Assembly: GCA_036867785.1 (NCBI GenBank)
Contig: CP145414.1
Span: forward strand, 744,001-808,000
Direction: 5' to 3'
Length of the DNA: 64,000 bases
Source of the DNA: Plasmodiophora brassicae
Lineage: Eukaryota
Shown: positions 1-12,773 of the stretch, one piece after another
Numbering within the stretch: the first letter of the stretch is position 1
Layout of the letters: the number at the start of each line of letters is the position of its first letter
Position numbers and translations under genes: made by a program
Notes under the pieces: generated by a model
Told to the model about the DNA's origin: nothing
Databases searched by the model: none
Seen by the model: only the letters and a program-made list of their open reading frames with translations

Positions 1-1139
1 GAGAGCAGGTCGGCGTGCGATGGTGTGCCTGATGGTCGCCCACTGAATCGGCGCAGCGGCGGGCGTCTGTCCGACCTGGAGCGCGCCTGGACGCAGGAGA
101 CGGCGTCGGTGGCCGCCTCGAACCAGTCCGACCTGCGATTCTTCCAGCGGCGCGAAGTCGAGGCGCGCCACGCCGTCGACGACGCTGTGGAGGACAGCAA
201 GCAGGCGTTCCAGGCCGCCAAGGAGGCCATGCGCAACCGGTACATGGAGCGCGCCAACAACCTTCGCGTCTGGCTCGGCAGTAAGATCGACGCCATCGAG
301 GTACGACGGAGCGTCAGGCGTGGCCGGCAGCCGTTTGACAGAGCAGCGCTCGGCAGGCCCTGTTCGACGAGGAGCACGCCCGGTACGTGGACGCGACGTC
401 GGACAGGACGAGGGACTTCCAGGCGCTGTCGGCGCGCGACGCGACCACGTCGTCGGAGATCGACCAGCGCGCGCGACGAGCGGACGGCCTGATCCGGTCT
501 GTGGCGCGATGGCGCAAGCGATTGCAGGAGAACCAGGCGGCGTGCCTCGCCAGGAACGCGGGCCTGCGGCAGCAGAGGAACCTGGTGGCCGCCCAGTACA
601 AGGCGCTGAAGGCGGCCATCGGCAGGCAGCGCGACGAGCGGAGCTCGCAGGCGAAGGCGATCGCCCGGGCGTGCACGACGGCTCGGGCGCAGATCGCGGA
701 CGCGTACGCGCTGAGCACGCGGGTCATCACATTGGCTAACGCGATGCTGGCGCATGGGAACGCGTCGTTCGACGACGAGGTGGGCGATGCGGAAGCATCT
801 GGCGAGGGTCAGGGCGCCGCGATGCAGGAGGACCCGATCGCGACGTTCCTGAAGCGACGGGCGCGTGCCGAGCTTCAGAACAGGGTGATGGTTGCCGCGC
901 GCGATCGCCAACGCCAGACGAACGCCCAGCTGAGGCAGGCGATCATGCGGTTCCTGGCGAGCACGACGCTGCCGGCCGACTGGATCGACCAGCACAACTG
1001 CCTGTTCGTGATGAACGGCCGGCACGGGTTGCTGCCCAGACAGGTGTTCCACGTGGACCCAGTCGTGGCCATCAACAAGGTCGACAGCGTCGACGTCGTT
1101 CGATCCCAGGCGCTCCTCCACCGGCCCGCCTGCGCCTGA
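1..1139 (+). CDS. DRC2: Dynein regulatory complex subunit 2 (CCDC65-like) coiled-coil protein, 5'-truncated by window edge, multi-exon
   Basis: Introns ~9-56 and 301-356 join the ORFs. 'YVDATSDRTRDFQALSARDATTSSEI...LQENQAACLARNAGLRQQRNLV' and C-terminal 'FLASTTLPADWIDQHNCLFVMNG' resemble the DRC2/CCDC65 pattern. Confidence 0.6.
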
Positions 1140-1431
1140 AGTCGCCCAGTTTCTGTTGTTTAACTGCATAAACCAAGGTCGGCCGCTACCACTCGTGCGG
1201 TGGCCACGTCGCCTCCTCCTAATGGCACTCTGGTGTGCACATTGCAACCTTCATGCTGACAACACAAATCAACCCAGCATTCGTGCACCGCGGTGGGCAC
1301 CGTCAGCGTTGCCGCATTCGGGCAGGTCTGCATCGAGTCACACGCCGCCGGCAGAGCAACAACAACATTGGCCCCGGTCCTGTCGCTCAGCAGGTTGCGT
1401 TTCGTACTAGTCACTGGGACGTTCGGCCTCG

Positions 1432-2814
1432 ATGAGCAGTGCCAAGGCGGTTGTCGCGGCGGTTGTGGCTGTGGCCGCCGTCGGCGTCGCCGTGTGGGCC
1501 TGGTGGAGGAGCGCACAGTCGGGGACGCCGACGAAGCACGCGAAGGCGAGGAAGGACGACGGCAGGCACAAGCTGAGCGAGAAAAAGCGCAAGAAGCAGC
1601 ACAAGGACGATGAGAAGCGCCTGCGCGATAAGAAGAAGACTAAGACGCGCAGGAGCGATAGTGACGATAGCGTGGATGATGACGTCAAAGCCGACGACGT
1701 CGCAGCGTCCATGTCCCCTGCCATCGTCGTGTCGCCAGCAGTCGAGGTTGAGCAACCGTCCACCGACGCATCGCCAGCTGCTGCTGTCGAGCAGCAAGCG
1801 CCCGCCGCAGCATCCACGCCTGTTGCTGCTGTCGAGCAGCCGACCGTCGTTCGAGAGGACAGCGCCCCTATCGACGACGAGCAGCCGCGTGCCGTTCGCG
1901 AGGACAGCGCCGTCATCGACAACCATTTCACAGTGGATAACCTGTCCGTCGATCCACGCCCGGACGAGAACGTGCCGGCGACGCTATCGGCGTCGTTCGT
2001 ATCGGATGTGTCCAGCGCTAGTGGCGCCTATTTCGATGCGGTCGATGCTGGCGCCCCATCCAACTGCCGCCTCGGTGCTGTCCTATACGCTCTCGGGTAG
2101 GCCTTCGTCGTACACAGCAGGGACCAATGAGCCAACTGTCATCGTAGATCCGTACCTCAAGTGCAGGAAGCGATCGCGAAACGACGACAGGAAGGCGTCG
2201 ACGTCTACGGCAGGGTCGCCGACGTGCGTGCAGCGGAGACGGCCGATGCTCACGAGCAGGCAATCGAACGGCTCGAAGAGTCGTTGAAACAGCACTCGGG
2301 CTCGCGGTTCGCCGATCGCCACCGCTGCGACTGCTTCGACGTCGCCCAGTTCATTCTGGACGACCTGTCGCAGGCAGGGCCCAAGAAGAGCAACAACAGC
2401 AAGAAGAAGAAAGGGAAGGGAAAGAAAGGCGATGATGCTGACGAGGTCCCGCCGCTGCCTACCAGCGCCTTCTCCTGTACGACGGTCAACGTCGTCGACG
2501 ACGAAGACGACCTTGCGAAGTTGCTCTCCGTCCCATCCGCTCCGCCCTGCCTCGTCGTTGGCGTGCGGTACAACTCGAGCGTAGCCCAGCTTACGTACGC
2601 GGCCGATAACGTCATCTTCGGAAGCACGCCGTCGTATCATCTGACTGCCGCCGTCTGGGACAACCCGTCCGACGCCGAGCAGACGCACGTGGCCACGCGC
2701 CCAAGTGCAGGGCAACCCTGGACGCTATACGGCGCCGCCTCCACAGAGCCCACCGACACGGCCGCGCTCGGCGCCAGGCCCAGCCTGCTAATCTACCGAG
2801 CCGCCAGCACTTAA
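1432..2814 (+). CDS. N-terminally membrane-anchored protein with a reduced/degenerate USP (peptidase C19)-like domain; 2 exons
   Basis: Hydrophobic N-terminus plus Lys-rich stretch. A 51-nt GT-AG intron (2097-2147) removes the TAG and joins the two in-frame ORFs. Motifs: 'SNCRLGAVLYALGSVP', 'CDCFDVAQFILDDL', 'YHLTAAVWD...THVAT...WTLY...LLIYR'. Confidence 0.55.
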
Positions 2815-2947
2815 ATAGAGAGTCACACAGAGCCGCGCAGAAACAACGAGCGGGGTGCAGTCCCGCAGTTTCTGTTGCGGGCCATGTACGATTCGTTGGC
2901 TGGCTCGATATGTATATATGATCGGGTACCGCTGGCGACCGCGATAA

Positions 2948-5243
2948 TGTCAACGGCGTCCTTTGCCGCCCTTGACGTCGAGGGGGACGGTCAGATCGAC
3001 GATGGGCCGGCAAGGGAGGGGGCCGACCTCGAACCGGACCAGATGGCTCCCGTGTTCAAGCTGACCGAAGTGGCCCCTGTCGATCCGGTTGCGGGTAGCG
3101 CGACCGAGCTCACCGACGCCACCGCGAAATGCGGGGAGGTTCGTTGGGCGAGGCTCGAAACGCCTGCCGGGCATATCGCGTTGCATCTGCCGTCATCGGC
3201 GCGCGACTGCTCGCTGGGTGCCCTGACGCAACGGGAGAACGTGCGTCTCGGCCCCCAGGTCGCCATCACGTGTACGCCTCGACCGGATGGGAAGGCCGGG
3301 AACGGAGCCGGATCCGTCATCGACGACTGGAGCGCCAGCCAGGCCGCCCGCCAGAAGCAATTCAACGCCGTCATCCAGTCCATCGCCAACATTGTCGAAA
3401 TGTCGCAGACCAAAGTGCACTTTACAGGCACTGTCATCGTTGATGACGTTCTCTACCGGGAAACCGTCGAAGACGGCAAGCCAATGTATTACAAGGTGGG
3501 CGATGGAAACATGACAGTGAGCGTCCCAATCGCGGTCTAATGGGTGCACGAACGGGTAGGTGTATGCGGATCTGTCCAACGGGCCAGCCCACATGAAGAT
3601 CGAAGCGCGTGGCGATGTCAACGTCTGGGTGTCCACTGACAAGGCGTACCCGTCATCAAGGACCTACACATGGACGGCACACGACCATGGCACCAGCAGC
3701 CGGACAGTGACAATTGGTCAGTGGACTACCTGCGACACGCTGAGTGGGGTCGCTTGCCTGAGATCTCGCTATGTAGGGGATCGGGACCAGCACGCCATTT
3801 GCGGTTGGTACTATATCGCTGTCGAATCGAAATCGTCGACGCCGGCGCCGTTCACGTTGCGCGTGGCGATCCACGCCAACGAGCAGAAGACGCGGGGGCA
3901 ACGCGGCGATGCCGGCGGCGAATCGTCGGCGACGGCCACGTCCCATAAGAACATCCACGAGCGGTTGCGGTTGAAGATCAATGAGATCGCCGGGTCGCCT
4001 GACGCGCGAGCGGCGCTTCATGCGCGCATCGCCTCGTTTCGGCAGAAGCAGGTGCAGAAGACGACCACGTCGACGTCAAGGTTCGGCGCAGGCTCCCTCC
4101 GGCCGCGACGGCTGGTTACGTGCTGACGTACAGACAGGCACATGTGGAACGTTGTGCAGTACAATGCTGGGGATGAGGCGTGCGCCAAGTACAGGCCACG
4201 TGCTCGGCAGGAGCAACGCGCGCAATGGACCCACCGGCACGAGGAACGCGTGCAACAGGCCCTGTCCACTGTCGTCCAGTCAGCGCGAGACATGACCGAC
4301 AAGCAGGTCTGTCACCGTTGCTGCCAGGTGCACGTCCCATTGACACTTTGCCGCAGAACAAGGCCGAGCAGGAGATCGAGAGAAGGCTGATGGAAAGCGA
4401 GTGGAGGCGGCACCACATACTGGAGCGAAAGCGATACGCGACATTGCAGAGGAAATGGCTGACGTGGATGGGCGTTGGAGTCCGGCAGGTCTACATGCAG
4501 GCGTGGATCGCGAACTGTCGGGCGGTGCGGGCGTCGTCCATACGAATCAAGAAGGCGGCGGCGACGATCGGCAATTTCATACTACGAGTGGTGCGGAAGC
4601 GACGGTACAAGAAGGCGCGCCGCGTCCTGCTGTCCGTTCGAAGCATCGTGCGGCTCTGCTCGGTCAACAACCAGATCATCATGCGGCATCGCATGACAGA
4701 CGTCATCAAGCAGGTATGCCGTTGAAACGACCCCATTGCGATTAACGAGACCTGAACGGATACGGCATAGTTCCTGGAGAGCATCGCTGGCGTCCAGAAG
4801 AACATGTCATCGATCATCAAGAGCTTCGCGCATAAGGTCCACGTGCTGCAGCAGTCGTGGCGCCGATGGAAGGCGATGAAAGACGCCAAGATCAGGCTGT
4901 GGATGCTGCTGTGGGACCAGATTGAGAGCGCGGCTCGCGACGATGCCGTTCCAGAAGCAGCGCGGGTCACAATGCTGGAAGAGTACCTGAGGTCGTGCAA
5001 GCGTGAAATCATCAAGGCCAAGGATCTTCAGGAAACGGAAATGCTGGAGTTCGTCGCCAAACGCGGGGCCACCGAGGAGCTGAAGAAGCCCAAAGATCAA
5101 CGAGTCCCGAATCTGCTCACAAGAAAGGTAACAGTTATGTTTCAATGTATGACCACCTGTACACTGACTCACTTGTTGTCCAGACGATTGTCGGGCTCAT
5201 CAACGAGGCACGAAAGCGAGCCTCTGAATCCCCAGCAGAATAA
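2948..5243 (+). CDS. Uncharacterised multi-exon protein with PPC-like beta-sandwich and IQ-like basic helices
   Basis: Successive ORFs 2875-3540, 3560-4126, 4142-4390, 4180-4725 and 4804-5271 can be linked by short GT-AG introns. 'GDVNVWVS...GWYYIAVES...FTLRV' is PPC-like and 'VLQQSWRRWK' is IQ-like. Confidence 0.55.
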
Positions 5244-5349
5244 CCACAGCCGGCTCTGCCTCATAGCATAGGCGATAAAAGTACAGTCGTTGGGGCTGAA
5301 AACATTGCACGCACGTTGTATTTGGGCATAGGGAAAGAAGAAGCCCACC

Positions 5350-7121
5350 CTACTTCTTCTTCGATGGATTGGGTGCTGTACAGATGCAAGGCGTCAGAAG
5401 ATGCAGTAGCTTACACACGCTTGACGTACTGTTAAACTGGAAGTAAATAATGTCACCGTCTTGGACAACGTAGGACTTGCCTTCCTGGCGATACTTCCCG
5501 GCTGCTTTAACCTTGGCCATCCCACCTCTCGTCCCCCCGGATAGTTCCTTAAAATCCTATACATAAAGCAGTCAGAAATCAGGTGACGTCGGGTACCATC
5601 ACTGGGACCGACATCAAACGAGGCAACTTCAGCCTTGATGAAGCCCTTTTCCATATCAGAATGAATGGCGCCAGCAGCTTGCGGGGCAAGGGTTCCCTGC
5701 GAAATCGTCCAGCATCGGACTGACGACCACAGTTTGAGACAGCGGAACCACAACCCAATGCTATACAGCAAACCTTCTGTTTCACCAGCGGTGAAGAAGT
5801 ACATCAGCTTGAGCTCCTTGTGCCCTGCCTTGATGATCTTTGGCAATGCCGATTCGACATTTCCACCAGCAGCAGCCATGAAAGCCTCTCTGGCGGACGC
5901 GTCATCGCGTAGCGACCAGAGTTCCTGGAGAAGATCAGCCTAATACGATGGGCAGCAGTCGGCGAAGCAAACCTGTTCGAAATCAACGGAAACCGGAATC
6001 ATGATGCCGGGATGGTGCGCGTCAATCCACTGCTTGATCTTCAGCAACCACTTGTTCTTCTTACGAACATAGTCCTTCTTCGACATGTTGATCAGGTAGA
6101 CAACGGGCTTCAGCGTGATCGCTTGAGGAATGAGCTCGTTGATCTTTTCCACTTCAACCGGCGTCCACTCCGCCCCAGCAAGGCCTTTCGTGTCTTCAAG
6201 CAGCTTCTCAACCTTGTCCATAACGGAGAAGAAGATCGGCGGCAGTTTCGCGTTTGGAGTGCGCTTGACATCTCGCTCTTTCATTGCCCTCTGCGCCTGG
6301 ACATAAGCCAGGTCCTTCTTGCATAGTTCCTGCAGAATCGTGTCCAAATCGCGAATGGGATCAACGCCTGCACGACAGTCTTTCATGAACTGGGACGTAT
6401 TAACCCCACGATCAGACCAACTTACACTCGTCGACGTGCGTAACCTCAGGGTTATCAAACACACGAATAAGATGGAAAATCCCGTCCACGGCTTGGATGT
6501 GGCTCAGAAAAGCGTTTCCTGAAGTCGCGATGCATTAGAAACAAATCGAAAAGGTCATCCACGTCGGTACAGTACCTAGACCCGCCCCCTCCGAGGCACC
6601 GCGAATGAGGCCAGCAATATCCGTTACGAGGAGGTACCTAATCGAACCGGGTAAACGATACATTGAGTATTGGGGACAGCGGTTGGTACGCTGGTACGTT
6701 GGACGGGGCACCCCAGACTTTGCGCAGCCAGTCATCTGCAGACACGTGCAATGTCAGCAGTGTTTGGTGACGCGATGCACAGATACAAACATCGTTCATC
6801 AGGAATAGCGCATCGCGCCTGAGACGGATCGATGGTGCACTACTCACATTAAGCGTGAGTATACAGTCAGCGAGCACCCTAACAGACACGCCATACGAAT
6901 GGGAAATTTTCGGCAGGCACACTTTGTTCAGTGAGCAGGTTGAACAATGACGACTTCCCAACGTTCGGCAACCCGACTAAACCCATCTTCAAATTCGATT
7001 CTGGACGGTAGAGTCAGAACGCACAGATCCGTACAGATTCAGCCATGACGCATCACGTACTGACGCGGCCGAAGCGCGGACCGATATTGCTCGTCTCTGC
7101 TGCTTTCGCTTTCGGCGGCAT
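5350..7121 (-). CDS. OLA1: Obg-like ATPase YchF/OLA1, multi-exon
   Basis: Motifs '[12 protein letters not shown]', 'ENFPFCTIDP', '[17 protein letters not shown]', 'YFFTAGE.EVRCWTI', '[21 protein letters not shown]'. Ends NPSKKK*. Confidence 0.96.
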
Positions 7122-7222
7122 GGTCGCGAGTCGTGAAGATCCTCTGGTGGCGCAGTTGCCAGTACCTACGGCGGAGTGCGTCGACGGACTCCGCGGCCTA
7201 CCGACTACCGTCCTACCCTTCA

Positions 7223-7364
7223 TTTCGTGCTTTTAGACAGTTAGGTCCAGGAAGGCGACGGCTGTAGTGGATGCCTTCCTGGACCTAACCGTCTACAAGC
7301 ACGAAACAAGGTCGCGTTCCGGACGTTTCAGAAGGAGCTGAACGTATATCAATACCTGCCGCCT
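7223..7364 (+). mobile_element. Penelope-like (PLE) reverse transcriptase C-terminal relic with inverted 5' duplication (hairpin)
   Basis: 7273-7364 reads AFLDLTVYKHE/(frameshift)NKVAFRTFQKELNVYQYLPP, resembling the PLE RT 'FLDL.I...F.T(Y/F)QK..N.Y.Y(I/L)P' motif. 7223-7256 is a 32/34 reverse-complement copy of 7273-7306. Confidence 0.6.
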
Positions 7365-8430
7365 CAAGTATCGGCATGGATAAGACGGGTCCTACTGTTC
7401 GACTACCTACTTCCATAACGTGATCCAGGTCGAGGACAAGTACCTGGACGCGATCGACCGAGGCGCTTCGTTTCGATTATTTTCCCGAAGGAATGACGTA
7501 CGATGAGTTTAACGCGGAGGAAATTCGTGTTTGCAGGCCTGTCTCTCGCTGACCCGAAGTGGGAGCCGATTTTCATTAAGGGCCTGCGCATCGCTCGGCG
7601 GGTCGCTCTCGATGGCAGGTGCCTATCGCAGTCGATCACGATACGTGGGCACGACACAGCTCCAGGTCGATCCGTGTTCTTTGCCCATGATGTTGCTGAC
7701 CTTTCTCGCGGAGCGCGTCACGCCTGAAAGGCCGGCGTTCGAGCAATTGGAGCAATTGTTGCAAGCGCATGTGCGTCATTTGGCACAGACGATGCTCTCG
7801 TTGGTGCATCTCGCCTTACCAGCAAGCGATATGTCAGCAGGCTATCCAGCCATCGAGTCTGCCTCCGGTTCAACCGTCGGTGTCGTCGTACCGTCGCCGC
7901 CGCCAGAATCCGATGAAAACGATGATAATCGTGAGCGCGCTAAGAGAGGCGGTGATATCGATCTCTGAACGTTCGAGGCTTGCCGAGCGCACGTCTTCAG
8001 GAGAGAAGATTGATCCCGTGCTGTCGATCGAGGCATCGATGCCGGCCAGCAAGACGGACCTGACCGAACGCGCCGGAACGTTCGTCAACCAGGTTGCCCG
8101 AATTTGCACCGAATGGCCAAATGGGGGCCCAACTTCTCGCTCTCTCGGTTTTCCAAAGGGTGCGGCTGTGTGGATCACAATAAACTGTGTTAAATTGATT
8201 GCGTGTCTACCTGCGGTCCCTGACCATGTCTTCCTGGCGGTAAGCACCTGCCTTCCGGTTATGTACTTATAGGACTATCGTCCTGCCACGACAATAATGA
8301 AACTGTGTCCGGCAACGGTATAGTAGTAGGCCGCGGAGTCATTCGCACGCTTGCTCGTGGGTATCTGTTGCGTTCAACCATAGACGTACGCTAAATTACA
8401 TTCGGTGGATAACAATGAACGCACCCTCTC

Positions 8431-8456
8431 CCATAGGCCATAGGCCATAGGCCATA
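8431..8456. repeat. Short 7-mer tandem repeat (CCATAGG)x~3.7
   Basis: ccataggccataggccataggccata is seen directly. Confidence 0.85.
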
Positions 8457-8569
8457 TCGCTCCCTCACCGGCACAGTGCAACAAATACCTTGTGCCTTGT
8501 GGCGCTGGAAACGCGACGACGGTGATTTTTTTGGTCCTGTTGCATTGATGCGGTCTGGAGCTCTGCTGC

Positions 8570-9414
8570 ATGCGACCGCTACTTGACGGGATTGTACGGC
8601 GTCCCATATCACCGTCCCTATGGGACCGGTGGCCGAAGTTGACCAGTTCGTTTCGAGCTGCTTTGCGTAGTCGTTCGGTTGTCCCACGGCGGATGTCGCT
8701 TTGTAGCTCGGCGTCTCGTAGCCCGACGCCGCCATTGTCGAACGCGCTGGTCACGCTTCCGAACATGATCACACGTACGCACTGATGCTCATATTACTTT
8801 ACGCGTGCTTACCATTCCGTCTCATAGTTTCGAGAATCGCAGCAACGCCGCTGCTGTCGTATCTGATCACTCATGACTGTCCAAAGCTAGCAGCAGGTGG
8901 GTTTGTTCTGGCAGGTATTTCAGATTTCGCCGATGGGTGGATTGCCAAGAGATACAATCGCGCCTCCTTATGGGGATCATTCCTCGATCCGCTCGCCGAC
9001 AAGATTCTCATTGGTACGCTGGCGATTACATTAGCCTACCAGGGCGTTTTCCCGATCTGGTCCGCTGTCGTTGTTGTTGGCCGCGATGCTCTTCTTGTAA
9101 TCGGAACTGGTGTTATTCGATTCAAGAGTATGGAACCTGGGAAGCGTTCCGTTCGATCATTCCTCGACGTCTCGTCCATGCCCACGCACGAAATCAGGCC
9201 GTCATCAATAAGCAAGATCAACACTGCCATGCAGCTATTCTGGGTGACCATGGGCATGACGAACATCGCCACCGGCGTCCCAGGCCCGCAGGCCATCACA
9301 GCATTGTCCTTCGGCATTGTCACCACGACCATCGTTACCGGGGTCGACTATCTCGTCAATCGGCGGGAGGCTCTGCACCGCATGCTCCTGCCCAAGCGCT
9401 CCCGAACAAGGTAG
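8570..9414 (+). CDS. CRD1: Cardiolipin synthase / CDP-alcohol phosphatidyltransferase with mitochondrial presequence
   Basis: Arg-rich N-terminus, 'TLPNMIT|VSRI', and CDP-OH motif 'SDFADGWIAKRYNRASLWGSFLDPLADK' plus 'SKINTAMQ'. One intron at ~8774-8827. Confidence 0.88.
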
Positions 9415-9587
9415 CGCATGCCCCATGCCAACTCGGTTAACAGCACAGCACATCTCGATACACCTGCACTTACTCCATCATGCTGGCTGGGTTGCGTCGT
9501 GCGCGTCATTGCCTCACTAGCTGAGCGTGTGCAGCAGGACGCACTGCCGCATGGGGGCTGAGTGTCGCCCCGCAGTTCATTGCTGAA

Positions 9588-12500
9588 ATGACGAGGGCAG
9601 CGGAGTGTCGCGATGACATGATGCAGTGGGTGGCGCTGGTGCTCGATTCGCGAGGCGAGGAGCGGCCTGGGTGGCCGTCCGGTGCCGCAATCCGGTCCTG
9701 CCCGGACAGCGGCGAAGAGGTGTCGTGCGCTGTCCAGAACGCCGTTGCTGCTGATGACACCGATGCGATGTTGCATGTCGCTGCGATTTGCACCGTTCAC
9801 GGATTCAGTTAGTACGCATGCGATACCTTCGCCAATCTGTTGTCAACTCGTGGACGGGATTAGGTGTCACCGACGATATGGTGCTGGGAATGTCCCAGAG
9901 GATTCCCGGGTCGACAATGGCCGCTTTGATCGAACGAATACTCGTCACCCGCAATAACTGTCCAACGAACAGCGCCGTCCTGCGAGCACTGGCCGACGCT
10001 GTCGCCCAGGCCAGAGCGTATGCATCGCGTCGAGACGTCCAGGGTTAGCGTCTGGGAACCCTGCTCGTTCATCAGCACAGCTTACGTTTATCAGATGGAA
10101 AGCAGGAACTCCATGCCACGTTCTCTGGCGCGGTTTCAGTCATTGAATCGCTTTGCAAGAATGTCAAGTTTGAAGATACAGCCGAGCTGCTCACTGACCT
10201 ACTCACTGTCTCGGAATGCGCTCGTGACCGATCCGATGACCTTCTGATGAAGTTTATCTGGCAAGGTTAGAAACGATGGTCGTGGTGCTTGACCACACAG
10301 TTTGCTTACAGTGGTGCCGACTAGGGCTGAGGCTATGCGTGTCTCATTGGACCCAGCCCGTGTTTGACTATTTGCTCACGAGAATCGCTGAGGGTGCCCG
10401 GTCTCTTGATGCACGAGGATACAAGGTCGCTGTTTTCTATGCAACCAATCTTCGCATGTACGTTGATCAGGCTTCCGATTCATCTTTGCACGCCATGGGG
10501 AACCTGTACTTACCGCTCGGCTTAACCGTATGCTCGCTGGGCCTCATCGTTGTTCCTACAGGTCAAGCGCCCTTGTAGAAATTATTGGCGATTTGTACGA
10601 CGCTATTGCTGAACGTCGTGTTGAGCTTTGCCAAATTGAGCAGCTGCTTACGTGTGTATACTCGGCGAAGGACAGATTGCCGCCACCTACTCATATCGGT
10701 TGCCGGAGGAGTCCACTTGCTTCGTAAGTCGTACCTGTTCACCGACGGCCACTCGTCGTAACCGTCATGTATAGGTGCCTACTGAATCTGCTCGTGCCAA
10801 ACTTTGGAGCCGACGACGTTCGTCGTGCCATTGTGACGTTGACGAGCCTTGACGCTCTTCAGTCCACATCCGTGTATGAGCATTGCTTGCAACGTATTGC
10901 GTCTACGCTTTTCGTTAATGCGCACGTTGACGATCATGAACGTCAGATGCGAAGGATGCAATTGCTGTAAATTCGAAGATTGGCCTGAATCTGGTTTGTA
11001 GAGACACTTTTGGAATTGTCGCTCTATGGCAGCTCCGCATTGGCCCACTTCAGCATCGACCTGATGTGAGCGCATCTCATAAGCGACGAGCCAACGCAAC
11101 TCTAATACCTGGTCTCAGGGCAGTTGTGATATCTTGTCCGGTTGCCCGCCGTCGTCAAGACGAGATCACTGACATGGTTAGCCAACGTAGTTGTTGTGAC
11201 TGGTTTGTTTTCGTCCGCCATGATGACGCAAGATTAGGCAATCGAGGCCTTCCGTGCCTGTCGTTACCGACTGACGGTGATCCAAACGCGATTATGTCGT
11301 CTTATGAGCGCGACAATGATGCTGATTAATGACGAGGTACGTCCGTTTATCCTTTCGGGCAACTGAGCTCACTTCGTACTGGCATAGGCGCTCTCAGTTA
11401 GCGTTATTACCAGGCTGCTTCAACCGGTTTTCAACCAGAATGGTCTGTTATCGCGCCGTGTTGATGTTCCTGATTATAGCAAACGCCGACCGGCTTACGT
11501 GCACAATGTAGGCGGTACTGGAAGCATAGCTCATGCATACTTTCTTCGCATCGTCCAGCTGCATCAAGTGCTGCAGTCTTCTGAGCAATACGAGGCCTTT
11601 GCGAAACCTGCTATATCGTTCTTGATCAGGTCGGCCAACAACGTGTCTCGGATGGGATCTAGCTCACGAGAACTCGCTCCATATGCCGACATGGTAGGTC
11701 CGCTTTCGCTGGATGAGAAACTCGCATTGACTGGTGTCCAGTTGGTTGGCCTTGAAGGCGTGTGCGCTGCTCTTCGCTGTTCCCGGTTCCGGCAGTCTCT
11801 TACGACCATGAGCGAGTGGCGTCTCTTAGTGGGACTACTTCTCCAGCTTCTCGATGGAATGATCATTCCACTACGCTCGCGCAGCATCTTCTACTGCGTT
11901 ATCGAAGCAGCAATCCTGTCTACACCCTTGCTGTCCAGTCGGGAACAAGAAGAGGTAGCGGCTTTATTCAGCGCGTTTATGGCAGGTCTAACACCAGCTG
12001 CAGCTATTGACGAAGCTGGAGAGACTGGCCGAGACGTCACCGTATCTTGTGAGGCGTTTTCTCGTTTGCACGGCTTCCTCGTTGCAGAGTCAACACGGTA
12101 CACGTATTGTATCGCTATTCGCGCAGGCCTGCCAAGGTAACATTTGGGTCATCCGTGCGAGGCTTCAGCTCATGCTGCGTTACAGATTGCGATGAAGATG
12201 ATCCTCTCGCAGACGATGTGGCACGCGTCGCGTCGCAACTTGACATTCGTATCCCGCCCAAAAGCGTTGCACGCTTCGCGACGCCTGAACCCCAATGCAG
12301 TCAAAAACCGCTGCTCTCGTCGATCGACGAATACCTGTCTGATGTTCACCGTCAAGACACCGATCCGAGTCTCCAAGTGCGCCTCCAAACCCTGTCGTTT
12401 TATGCAAATAATACGAACTGACCCAGCCAGAAACTAAGTAACGACGTCTCACTTGGATGCTTTTAAATTCATAGGCGAACAGTAATAGCATGCGCTGCTC

Positions 12501-12773
12501 ATTGTGAGACTGGCAGTAGATTCCCGGGTTCGCTGTATCGTCCACTCATTCACCCTGTCGCCGAGGGCCATAAGTAATCGAAGAGTTGCTTCCAATGACA
12601 CCACGTCGGTAGTACGCGTTGCGGCCGACGACATCCGTCAACATTTGTCTGGTCTGACGTTGTTCCATCGAGCGATCGGCTGGGAGAGCCGACGATCAAA
12701 CTTCAATACAGGAACGTCCCGCGTTCGAAGCGTCCTGGAACCCCAACGGACGTATCGAGCAGCCGTGCAGTAA
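9588..12773 (+). CDS. Large uncharacterised alpha-helical protein, many exons
   Basis: Chain of Leu-rich helical ORF fragments separated by ~55-nt GT-AG introns. No recognisable motif and boundaries are uncertain. Confidence 0.5.

Noticed and set aside
2098..2100. In-frame TAG between ORFs 1432-2100 and 2161-2814 (possible readthrough or recoding)
   Set aside because: It lies inside a 51-nt GT-AG intron (2097-2147) whose removal restores the frame.
5335..5361. Small hairpin AAGAAGAAG...CTTCTTCTT at the OLA1 stop
   Set aside because: Low-complexity, 9-bp arms with one arm formed by Lys codons; likely chance.
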